In this document: positions 14,001 to 25,090 of the stretch, piece after piece | Layout: each line of letters begins with the position of its first letter | Numbering within the stretch: the stretch's first letter is position 1 | The notes under the pieces: generated by a model | Told to the model about the DNA's origin: nothing | The model's database searches: none | Seen by the model: the letters and a program-made list of their open reading frames with translations, nothing else | Program-made: the position numbers and the translations under genes | Source of the DNA: Eledone cirrhosa | Lineage: Eukaryota | DNA length: 64,000 bases | Direction of reading: 5' to 3' | Assembly: GCA_964016885.1 (NCBI GenBank) | Contig: CAXHJY010001242.1 | Coordinates: forward strand, 33,273 to 97,272

Positions 14001-14925
14001 TTTTTCATCTTCACTCCACATAAGTGACTGGTGACTTTAACCGATGCATAATAGAGATGATTTAAATCAGTAATGTTTAGTTTGTTTGTGATGATAATGT
14101 TTTTGAGAATTATGTTAGTCTTGTGTATTATCTTTTGGTTCTGTTTGGAGTTCTGGATCTTAGGGAGGGTATCTCGTTGCCCCATGTCAGATTCTTTCAT
14201 TTTCATCCTTCAAGTTGGCAAGTTCATTCTCATTCAATTCTTTATCATTTACGATCGCATTATTTTCATTTGGAGTTTCATCCTGAGCATGCAGTCCCTC
14301 CACTTTTTCGATCCTTTCTTTAATTTGTACTGTTGCCAGTGATTCCGCCCCAACCCTGGGATTCGAAGTGTTACAGTTTACCTCGTTTTCACTGACACAT
14401 GTTTCATTTTCGCTTCGCTGACTTTGTGCTAATAGCTTGATCTGATCAATTTCTATATCAGTTAGTAACTTTTTTCTTACAATATTTCTTCGTATATTGG
14501 CTAGTTTGTTACTGTCAATATAGCCTCTGTTTTCGGGATGTTTCTTTTTCCAGTTGATATATGTCTGTTCTGTATTCGATGTATTTGATGGGTAGTACAT
14601 GGCAGTGTAGAAAGCCTCAAGGACTTCTTTATTATCTTCCCTTGACCATTTTTGTCTCTTTTTCTTTGGATTTCTTGGTGGTGAGCATGGAGGGCCAACA
14701 GTAGGAGTATTCCGGTTATGGGAGGTCTCCAGCTCCGAAGGATGGGAAGGTTTGAACCATTAGCTGATTTTTCGACCGAAGTCTGGTTCCTCTCTGAGGG
14801 ACGCGGCCCTTTTTTACCCGGGTGACGGCCGATCCGGTATGAGATTTTATCATTAGACATTTACTTTATTTTGTCGCGTTTTATCCTTATCCGCCAAGGG
14901 GTAATCATTTCGTGTTACCACTTCT
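11088..14925 (-). mobile_element. R4/Dong-like RLE non-LTR retrotransposon, copy B (near full length)
   Basis: Highly similar to copy A; N-terminal KW..E.N..V...FY...W....P region, RT and RLE; (TTA)n both sides. Confidence 0.93.
11232..14860 (-). pseudogene. Disrupted RT-RLE polyprotein of R4-like copy B
   Basis: Track ORFs 14501-14860, 14187-14600, 12818-14206 (IDYEKAFDSLPH, QGDSLSP), 12521-12787 (YMDD), 12114-12524, 11421-12071 are consecutive pieces separated by stops/frameshifts. Confidence 0.9.
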
Positions 14926-14999
14926 TCTTCTTATTATTATTATTATTATTATTATTATTGTTACTATTATTATTACTTTTTTTTTTTTTATTCAAAATT

Positions 15000-17935
15000 C
15001 AATGATGTTCCAGAACAATATAAAAGAGATAATTGGCAATTTAGGTTCTGGAACAAAAAAGATAATTAGCAATAAGGGCAGGGGCCCCAGGTTTTCACAG
15101 CCTGGGCCCGCTCGTCATCGTGCCATTGTAATAGAGCCAAACAAGTCATTGAGTCTTGGCTGCTGGAACGTACGGACGCTGCTTGACAGGGATTCCTTGG
15201 AGCGTCCTGAACGAAGGACTGCTCTTGTTGCAAAGGAGCTTCGACGTTACGATCTTGACATCGTGGCTTTATCTGAGACGAGGTTAGCTGGAGATGGTCA
15301 TCTTACAGAATTTTATGGAGAATATAGATTCTTCTGGAAAGGAAGAGATGAAGGAACCAGAAGATAGGCTGGGGTAGGATTTGCTGTTAAGATTGTTCTT
15401 GTGAATAAATTAGAAGAATTCCCAGTAGGGATTAGTGAGCATCTTATGTCCATGAGAATTCCGCTGGACAAAGGAAGTTATGCGACCCTGGTGAGTGTGT
15501 ATGCTCCAACTATGAATTCTGTCGATGAAGAAAAAGTGTCCTCTTACAATGCCTTGAAAGGTGTTTTAAGAAATATCCCTCAGGCAGACAAAGTCATCGT
15601 GCTTGGTGACTTTAATGCTAGAGTGGGTAGGGATTTTAACACATGGAATGTAATCGGAATGCATGAGGTGGGAAAGTGTAACAACAACGGTATGCTCCTG
15701 CTGCAGATGTGTGAGGAGCTTGATCTGTCTGTTACCAACACCATGTTTCAACAAAAGAACAAATTCAAGACCACATGAATGCATCTTGCATCTAAGGAAT
15801 GGCATATTTTGGACTACGTCCTAGTCAGGATGCGTGACAGACAGGATGTGCAGTGTGTTCGTGCTCTTCGTGGAGCTGAGTACTGGACGGACCACCGCCT
15901 GGTACGCGCAAAAGTGAAACTAATCACTAAACGTAAAATCCGGGCTCTTGGTGTTGCCCTGCCCAAAAGATTGAATGCTGCTCGTCTTAAGGATAAACAT
16001 GTGAAGAGGACATTGGAAGAAGAGATGCAGGCTGCAGATCTTAGTGAGGATTGGCCGACCCTTAAAAAGGCGGTTTATGATGTAGGCAGGCGTGTTCTGG
16101 GATTGGTGCAGAGAAAACATCAGGACTGGTTTAATGAGAATGATGTACATATAGAAGACTTGTTGGCTGATAAGAGGCGTGCTCTGTCATGCTACTTGAC
16201 GTCAAAACCACACGAGAGGAATACGTTGCATGAGAAACTCAAGGATGTAAAATCACGTGTTAGGCGGAGTCTTTCTCAGATGAAGGATCAGTGGTGGAGT
16301 GAGAAGGCTGGTGAGATACAAACTGCGTCAGATTCCAATAACACAAAGCTGTTGTACAGTCTCTTGCGTGAGGTTTATGGACCGTCTTCTTCTCTGGTGA
16401 CACCGCTTCGCAGCAAAGATGGCAAAGAACTTCTTCGTGACTCACAAGGAATTCTACGAAGGTGGCGAGAGCACTTTGATGATCTTTTAAATCAGCCGTC
16501 TGTCGTCAGTGAAGATTTCCTCAATCTCATTCCAGAAAGTCCTGTGAAAGTAGCTCTCGCAGAACCTCCGACGCTTGTGGAGGTTGCAGTGGATATCTCG
16601 AAATTGAACAGTGGAACGTCTCCAGGTATGGATGGCTTACATGCTGAGCTCCTGCAATATGGTGGTGAGAGACACCTGCAACAACTTCACTATTTGTTTG
16701 GCAGGATATGGGCTAATGAATCCGTACCTGAGGACTGGAGAGATGCAATGGTGGTCTTGTACAAGGGAAAGGGTAACAGGAATGATTGTGGGAACTAGAG
16801 AGGTATATCATTGCTTTCTGTCGTAGGGAAAGTTTTATGTAGGGTGCTTCTGGACCGTCTGCTGACACACAATGCAGATTGTGTTCTTCCTGAAAGTCAA
16901 GCTGGTTTTCGTGCTGGACGCGGCATACTGATATGATCTTCTCAGCTAGACAGCTCCAGGAGAAGTGCATGGAACAAGGTTTGGATCTGTATCAGGTTTT
17001 TGTCGATCTGACAAAAGCTTTCGATACTGTTAACAGAGATGCATTATGGAAGGTTCTCCAGAAACTTGGTTGCCCTGATAAGTTCCTTGCTTTAGTTAGG
17101 TCTTTCCATGACGACATGAAGGCTTGGGTTAATGTCGGAGGTAACATGTCGCAGCCTATCTCAGTAAAAAATGGAGTGAAACAGGGGGATATTCCAGCAC
17201 CGTCCCTGTTTGCCATATACTTTGCAATGATTTTCTGTATTGAATTCAGGAATTGCGAGCACGGTGTTTGCATCCGATATCGAACCTCAGGCAGCATATT
17301 TAACATCAGGCGTTTTGCTGCAAAGACAAAAGTATTTACATCAATCATAAGCGACCTCTTGTATGCGGATGATTGCGATCTTGTAGCGCACACAGATATG
17401 CAGCACATTTTGAATGCATTTTCTGACGCTTGCACTGCCCTAGGATTGACTGTCGGTCTCAAGAAAAACGTCGTCATGTACCAACCTGCCCCTGGTAAGC
17501 AGTACACTGTACTAAATATCTATGTGTATGGTAAACGACTTGGAGTGGTTGATCAGGTTGTCTACCTGGGAAGCACTGTCAATCGATACAGCAACCTTGA
17601 TAGTGAAATCTCACTTAGGATTAGGAAAGCAAGTGAATGTTTTGGTTGCTGACTCTGTGCAAGATATTTCAGATCATTGGCTGGGCTAAAAAGCCACATT
17701 CGATCGCAGCGCTGTTATATATGTATATGTATATTATTATTGTTGTTGTTGTCGTTATTATTATTGTTATTATTATTATTATTATTGTTATTAATATATC
17801 TGTATGTATATGTATGTGTATGTATATATGTGTGTGTATGTATGTGTGTATATATGTATATATTTTTTTTTTCTCGTGCAATGGCGATACTCGATAACGA
17901 GGGGGCAGCCATCATGTATGTATGTATGAATGTAT
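15000..17935 (+). mobile_element. RTE/BovB-like LINE, APE endonuclease + RT, pseudogenised with 3' internal deletion
   Basis: WNVRTL, DIVALSETR, VYAPT, LGDFNARVG, LDY, TDH (APE); FVDLTKAFDTV, GVKQG, YADD, YLGS (RT); stops at 15365, 15776, 16796, frameshift near 16930; (ATGT)n tail. Confidence 0.93.
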
Positions 17936-17937
17936 GA

Positions 17938-18244
17938 ATGGCCATCCAAAATCACCGGGAGAGATGACCCCTTAGCCTTTGTTAAGGCAGAATTCTAGGA
18001 GAAGGAAAACTCTGATATAACACCTGCAACCCTGATGGTATCCAATGATGTTGACTTCTTCTTTTTGGTAAATATCATCTTGGTTAAGAGAGTGGGACTG
18101 ACTTTGTGCAGTGCCTTTGCTCACTATGAAAGCTTCACGGCACAGGCATTGCTTTATATCTAGAGATCTCTCTGCACTTGTCGTCACATGGTACCATGGG
18201 CCCAGCACTATGTGTCAATAATGGTCACAAGTGTAGTGTTTGTA

Positions 18245-18247
<3 letters not shown>
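17938..18247 (+). mobile_element. Bipartite RTE retroposon, 3'-truncated at (TA)n
   Basis: Near-identical to 5800-6106. Confidence 0.75.
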
Positions 18248-18312
<65 letters not shown>

Positions 18313-18317
<5 letters not shown>

Positions 18318-19320
18318 AACAAGTAGGACCCCGACGGCTCAGCAAAACCCGTTTCGACGGCTAATTCTGGACTAAATGAAAATGTTTAGCCTGGTAAATG
18401 AATAGCCGAACTCTTCAGGGGGTAATCCATATATGGTAAAAGTGATTGTCACATAGATTGGTCAAAAGTTTATTGTTAAGACACATAATTCTATCATGGC
18501 ATTTTGGAAGGTAGGGGTAGCTGAACTTGCTTGTAGAAGAAAGAGAGAGAGGGAGTGGAGGAAACCTAGTCAAGCGTTGAAAGTGAAAACTACAGCATAT
18601 TCGAAGGATAGTGTATAGAAGGTCGAAAAAGGTATACTAGAAAAGGGGAGGGGGGAGGAAGTTGAAACAATAAGTAAATCTAAATGGTTAAATATATAGA
18701 AAATATAAAAAATATAAAGAATATAACAAAAAAAAACAATTTCTGTTACTAGTCCCCTTCGACAATCCTCAAATCTCTCACTGGTACTGCTAAGCTATAG
18801 AAAAGTTTTTATTTTTTATTTATTTTTATGTTTTTAATATTTTTTATATTTTTCTATATATTTACTCCATTTAGATTTACTTATTGTTTCAACTTCCTCC
18901 CCCTCCCCTTCTCTAGTATACTTTTTTCGACCTTCTATACACTATCCTTAGAATCTGCTGTAGTTTCCACTTTCAACGCTTGACTGGGTTTCCTCAACTC
19001 CCTCTACCTCTTTCTTCTACTGGCAAGTTCAGCTACCCCTACCTTCCACAAAATGCCATGATTGAATCATGTGTCTTAACAACAAACTTTTGACCAATCC
19101 TTGTGACAATCACATTTACCATATATGGAATTAAACCCTGAGAAGTTCGGCTATTCATTTACCAGGCTAAAAATGTTCATTTAGTCCAGAATTAGCCGTC
19201 AAACGGCTTCAGCTCAGCCGTCGGGGTCCTACTTGTTCCTATTACCCACTCTACTACACTAAGTATTGAGTACTTTGGTGCGTTATGGTCCATCTGGTTC
19301 CTTACCACATTTCCTGCGTT
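18313..19320. mobile_element. Fold-back HHR-bearing non-coding element (inverted pLTR + tail) in (TA)n
   Basis: ~430-bp inverted arms 18313-18740 / 18800-19242, tail 19243-19320, (TA)n both sides. Confidence 0.8.
18329..18422 (-). ncRNA. Type I hammerhead ribozyme
   Basis: Minus strand: helix I cccc/gggg, CTGAAGA, helix II g..cggcta/tagccg.c with insert, GAAA, helix III acgg...ccgt, GUC. Confidence 0.75.
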
Positions 19321-19341
19321 ATATATATATATATATTACAG

Positions 19342-20553
19342 GGAAAAATGCGGGCGCATGTAAAGAAATATTCTTAAATTAATAAACCTAGAAAAGTAAA
19401 GGACAAGTTATTACACCTGGAAAAGTAAAGGACAAGAAAACTTCTTAAAGCTTCTTAAAATATTGCAGCTATAGTATAAATTTGAATAATAAAAAATATT
19501 TGATTTAAATATACATAGAAAGTGATAAATTCTAATAATACAGTTGACTCTCTAATTGATAATAATACTAATTTATGATCATTTATTTAATTTTGTGATC
19601 CTAATTTACAGCATAGTGGTTGGGTCATTAAATAAATATACTTTATTTTACTTTACTAAATGGGACTGAAAAAATGAGTGACAATTATAAACATCAAATA
19701 AAACAAAATTTTGGCGTGTAAATGACACTAACAATTAATTAATAATTAATTAGGGAGCCAACTGTAATGATAAATAATAACAAATTATAATTGTTTAATA
19801 ATGAAATTTAAGACCTGTCAGAGATCAAAATAACCAATCTACATTTTTAGGTAGAGTAAAATTAGACTACAATTAAAAATTAAACATTGTCTAATACAAC
19901 AGTTCTTCTAATGAATTGATGAATTCACTATAATTGATTGATTCACTATAAATGAATAATTGATGAATTGACTTTTACCTAATTTTGCCCCTTGAGATGT
20001 TGAATTTAACTATATTCTAAAAGAACTCTGTAATACTCATAAAAAGTGCAATTATATGATGCACTGTTTTTGATATATTTTACTGCATTATTTTATAACT
20101 AAATTTTTTAAAAATATAATTTGATTAAGAGTGAACATTTTTAAATATCTTATAATATAAATTAATAAATTGTACATATTAATTATTATTATTATTATTT
20201 ATTAATTATTGTACAAATTATTGTACAAATTATTGTACACATTTTATTTTAAAAAGATTAATTTGTATACACCAAGAAAAAAATTAAGTATACAGTAGTC
20301 AACTCTCCCTATAAGACAGTCATTTTTCCAGTCCTTTAAAGTGATATTTTTTTAACAATTAATTTATAATTATTTATTTTTAGTTTTATAATCTAAATAT
20401 TTTTCTTCAAATTTAGACTTTAGCTGCAATATTTTAAGAAGTTTTAAGAAGAAGTTTTCTTGTCCTTTACTTTTCCAGGTGTAATAACTTGTCCTTTACT
20501 TTTCTAGGTTTATTAATTTAAGAATATTTCTTTACATGCGCCCGCATTTTTCC
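19342..20553. mobile_element. Non-autonomous DNA transposon (MITE-like) with ~130-bp TIRs
   Basis: GGAAAAATGCGGGCGCATGTAAAG... at 19342 and its reverse complement ending 20553; internal aaagtaaaggacaag doublet; AT-rich non-coding interior; no clear TSD. Confidence 0.8.
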
Positions 20554-20668
20554 GTCATCCACTTTTTTCCAGGCAATGCAAGGATATTATATTAATATTA
20601 AAAATATTTATCAACAAATAAGTTAAATAAATAATAATGAATAGGAAGAAGTGCAGAGAGGAAAAAGT

Positions 20669-20729
20669 AATCAGGGTGGGAATCGAACCCACGACCGGTC
20701 CGCTGCTCTACTGACTGAGCTACCTGACC
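20669..20729 (-). pseudogene. tRNA-derived sequence lacking the anticodon loop
   Basis: GGTCAGG-TA-GCTCAGTCAGTAGAGC...GTGGGTTCGATTCCCAC-CCTGATT: acceptor, D and T arms fold; anticodon arm deleted. Confidence 0.75.
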
Positions 20730-20777
20730 ACAATTCGCTATTGCACAATCTATCACTATTTTAATGTATTAGAAATT

Positions 20778-21033
20778 AGAAACAAACTAAGCGTTACTTA
20801 TGTATGTAGTTCCTTACACTCTTTTGGTCCTCACTTATTTTTATGTAACTTTTTTCTACTGAACCAAATTTCAATATTTTTATGTCATAAAGTAGCTTAT
20901 CTGTGGTCCTATGAAGTGCAAAAAACCGCATCCAATTCTATCAAAAGTTGAATTAGTGACAAAGATTTGAAGGTGTCGCGAGTGACCGAAATGGGACCTT
21001 AAGAATAATATACACCTACTACCGTAGGTGTAT
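20778..21033 (+). mobile_element. Possible non-autonomous Helentron (DINE/HINE-like)
   Basis: Terminal hairpin ATACACCTAC-TACC-GTAGGTGTAT, internal ccaaatttca and aaccgcatccaa motifs; resemblance only. Confidence 0.4.
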
Positions 21034-21082
21034 GATATATATATACATATATATACACATATATATATATATATATATATAC

Positions 21083-21152
<70 letters not shown>

Positions 21153-21240
21153 TATACACACACATATATATATATATATACATATATATACACACATATA
21201 TATATATATATACATATATATACACACATATATATATATA

Positions 21241-21324
<84 letters not shown>

Positions 21325-21368
21325 TATACACACATATATATATACATATATATATATATTTATATATA
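21034..21368. repeat. Interrupted (TA)n microsatellite
   Basis: Direct reading. Confidence 0.98.
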
Positions 21369-21374
21369 CCCTCA

Positions 21375-22364
21375 TGCATATATTCCTATGGACTATGTGT
21401 AGGCTTCTACATAACCTGGACATTATTTTCCCAACTTGTAGAAAACTTATAATGAAACGATCGTTTGGAAAGAGGGATGTATTTATTTGTGTCTCATATA
21501 AAATAATACAACTGGCTATCCGCAAAATACGTATAGTTAGCACCCCAAACGTATAATTGGGGTTATACTAAGGTATATCCTAATGTTTGTTGAATGAGAC
21601 GGAAGTCGGTCGGAGTATTGCTTAAAGCTTTCTCTGTTAATGTATTAAATATTATATTCTTGAATTGACCAGAGATGAAAATTTCCAAATATTTTTTAGG
21701 TATGACTTTCTTTATTTATTCTTTGTATGAAATATTGATTGTTTTTCCAGTATCTTGTCTCTGTTTTTAGCCTGAGAAAATAACTATATGCATGTATAAA
21801 TAATACATGCATTGATATAATTTTTTATATACAATTGAGTTCTTCACGCAAGGTTAAAATTCTTGATAGAATTAATTGACCTGCGTGCATATTATTTAAT
21901 CTTTTTATGTTTTGCGATGACCTCCCCTTCCCGCTTGGTGACGGTGTGATATTCCTCTTTGTGAGACTGCTGGAATTTCAAATTTGGCGGTATTCTAGCA
22001 CTGACGGGTACCATCGCTGAATGTTAATATCGGTAGGTTTTTTTTATATCGATATTGTTGGGTATCCACTGATGATTTATAAGTGCCCACCTGCATATAT
22101 TCCTATGGACTATGTGTAGGCTTCTACATAACCTGGAGATTATGTTCCCAACTTGTAGAAAACTTATAATGAAACGATCGTTTGGAAAGGGGTATGTATT
22201 TAATTGTGTCTTATATAAAATAATACAACTGGTTATCCGCAAAATACGTAGAGTTAGCACCCAAACGTATCATTGGGGTTATACTAAGGTATATCCTAAT
22301 GTTTGTTGAGTGAGACGGAAGTCGGTCGGAGTATTGCTTAAAGCTTTCTCTGTTAATGTATTAA

Positions 22365-22367
<3 letters not shown>
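21375..22367 (+). mobile_element. Partial tandem (1.4 x 717 bp) HHR-bearing non-coding element in (TA)n
   Basis: 21375-21650 repeated at 22092-22367; GAAACGATCGTT at 21454 and 22171. Confidence 0.8.
22065..22186 (+). ncRNA. Type I hammerhead ribozyme with ~95-nt helix II
   Basis: Helix I tcca/tgga, CTGATGA (22069-75), helix II ttataagt/acttataa, GAAA, palindrome ACGATCGT, GUU. Confidence 0.8.
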
Positions 22368-22410
<43 letters not shown>

Positions 22411-22671
22411 CGCCGAAACATCCGTGATCCGGAGTAAACTGTCCACCTGTCTTTTGTGTCCCCTTATCTTCTAACACCCGCTATCAGTAACCACAAACCC
22501 TGCTCGAATCCATATTATATATTCATGAATTCAACCATCGTTCCTTACATACATGATGGCTGCCCTCACATGGTATGGCTGCCCCCACATGGTATGGCTG
22601 CCCCCACATGGCCGTGCACGATATACCATTATTGATAATTATTAATGTATAGTGGTGGCTTGGCAGTATCG

Positions 22672-22842
22672 GTAGAGAGTCGGACGCCATATTTTGACGC
22701 ATAGAGTTACGGCCCTTGCCATTCTGAGTTCAAATCCCGCCGAGGTTAACTTTGCCTTTCATCCTTATGGGGTCGATAAAATAAAATACCAGTAATACAC
22801 TGGGTATTTGCTGGCCTTGTGCCAAAAGTAGAAACAATTATT
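22672..22842 (+). mobile_element. tRNA-derived SINE
   Basis: A box TGGCAGTATCGG, B box GAGTTCAAATCC, conserved body cctttcatcctt..ggggtcgataaaat; three copies in window. Confidence 0.8.
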
Positions 22843-22859
22843 GATAATTATTGATTAAT

Positions 22860-23122
22860 TCATTCTATCGTGCAATGCCTGTGCGTGAAGATGTTTATTA
22901 AAGTGAGGAAAGACTGTGCACTGAGCCAATCCCACTCTCTGAGCGACAGTAGCTATAACCCGAAAAGAATAAAAGATCAACATCATCGGTAACTACTGAG
23001 CCGCAGGTTTTATGTCGGAGTTATCCCAGTTTCCTGAGTTGCCTTCTCCTAGAAGAATGCCAAGAAAAAAGCTAGGGGTCTTCACTCCCAGTGGTTTACC
23101 ACGCGATCGGGTATCCAGCCCC
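22860..23122 (-). mobile_element. RTE 5'UTR-related short repeat
   Basis: Minus strand has ctaggagaaggcaactc and gagagtgggattggc shared with the bipartite RTE family. Confidence 0.65.
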
Positions 23123-23276
23123 ACTATTTCTATGTCTTCGCGCATATGCATACACATGGACACATGCATATACATATACATATATATATATGTACATGTG
23201 TATATACATATTTATATACCTACATATATGTGTTCTATATAGGGTTATATACGGTAATAGTATTTTAACTAGCATT

Positions 23277-23480
23277 AGGGCGGTGGATTGGGTGGATTGG
23301 CAGTACTTGTATAGGGTCGGACGCCATGCTTTGAAGCATAGAGTTACCTCCCTTTATGATCTGAGTTCAAATCCCGCCGAGGTTAACTTTGCGTTTCATC
23401 CTTACGGGGTCGATAAAATAAAGTACCAGTAATGCACTGGGATAATTGCTGGGTTTGTGCCACAAGTAGAAACAAGTATT
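23277..23480 (+). mobile_element. tRNA-derived SINE
   Basis: Same family as 22672-22842. Confidence 0.8.
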
Positions 23481-24031
23481 TTAACTAGCATCGTGCGTTG
23501 CTAAAGAAAGCAAGCGGCACAAACCTGAGCGTTTGTTATGCATTACAATTCATCAACCGAGATGTTTTGTCCGCTGGAACAAAAGAAGTTAATTTACTAT
23601 GGAGAATGTTCACGAAATTGGAGGAAAAGAAAACTAATTAAAAAGAATGTACATGTTGCGCAGTGTTAAGAGAGTTATCGAAAATTCATCACGAGTCTCC
23701 CTATTACATACTGACCAATGAATAAGAAAGCTTATTCTGAATACTTTTCATAAACACACGATTTAAACCACTAGAGTTATCATTGATATGGAAAGCATCA
23801 GAAAATGAGTAAAACATAATCAACTAACAATGAAGGGACTCATACATTGTAAGATACAACCGTGTATTTCTAAAAGCTGGGTGTACTCGATTAGGTTTTC
23901 ACCAAGCATATGCAGTATATGGTGCTAGGGACAACATAGGACTTTGTTTTTCCCCTCTCTAACTATCTCATATACATAGGCCGAAACATCCAATCATACA
24001 GAATTGCTTGCACACACTCACAATTTGTATG

Positions 24032-24070
<39 letters not shown>

Positions 24071-24071
24071 T

Positions 24072-24770
24072 ATTTTACTATTGTATCTGTTCCAGCCATC
24101 CGGCTGAGGCCATGCTGGCGCACCACCCTCGTTGCTACACATTCTATCTCCAGCATATGTTGGTTGGCCATTGGTGTAAGAGGGAGTCCGTTGCTACTGC
24201 CATTAGTTTACATTCGTACCGTGCTGCGGGCTCATCCAGGATCCTGGATATCAGGCTGTCGAGATGTTTCTTGAAAGCACCCACGTCCACACCATGAAGA
24301 TCTCTCATATTCCTTGGTAGCTTGTTGAAGAGTTGAAGGCATTTGAACCCAGGGCTATTGCAATATCTACTCCGTACGTATTCTAGATGTGGAAAACGGG
24401 ACATTTGGCACCACAAGGTGACGTCCTGTTCGGGGGTTGGTCCATCGTTCAATGCCAAAGTTAGGTGCTAATCCCTCCAGGATTTTCCATAAGTTTATCA
24501 CTGCGTATATCTCCCGTCTTCGTTCCAAGGAGTAGAGTTTCAATTCCTTTAGCCACTCCCTGTAGCTCATCTCCTTCGTTGTGGCAATCCTCTTGGTGTA
24601 GCCTCGTTGAATTGCCTCAAGCCCCGTGGTTAGTTTGATAGTATGGGGTGACCACAGCTGGGAACAATAATCCAGGTGGCTTAGGAAAAATGTCCTCCAT
24701 AGTATCAGCATGGTCTCTCGGTCTCTTGTCCGGAAGTCTACAAGATCCAGCCAGCGATTCGTCTGCACAT
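24072..24770 (-). mobile_element. CR1-clade LINE 3' fragment
   Basis: SHLDYCSQLWSPH...LEAIQR...SY.E.LKELKLYSLERRR; 3' end abuts (TA)n. Confidence 0.88.
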
Positions 24771-24863
24771 TGTCGCCTCATTCATTATATGTGAAGAAAA
24801 ATATGCATCGTCGATCATGTCTATTCCCAGGTCTCGTATCGATTTCGACACGGGAATTTCGAT

Positions 24864-25010
24864 GTGGATTGGCAGTATCAGTAGAGGTTCTGATGCCATG
24901 CTTTGCAGCAAAGAGTTACGGTCCTTTATGGTCTGAGTTCAAATCCCGCCGAGGTCAACTTTGCCTTTCATCCTTACGAGGTCGAAAGATAAAGCACAAG
25001 TAATACACTG
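24864..25010 (+). mobile_element. tRNA-derived SINE
   Basis: Same family as 22672-22842. Confidence 0.75.
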
Positions 25011-25051
25011 TGCCATATATATGTATATATGTGTCTGTATGTATGAATGAT

Positions 25052-25090
<39 letters not shown>

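Noticed and set aside
17940-18030. HDV-like ribozyme at the 5' end of the RTE-derived repeats
   Set aside because: RTE 5' ends often have one and gag-aaggaaaa-ctc-tga resembles P4/J4-2, but I could not assign convincing P1, P2 and P1.1; needs an RNArobo/Infernal search.
20669-20729. Functional tRNA gene
   Set aside because: The anticodon stem-loop is missing.
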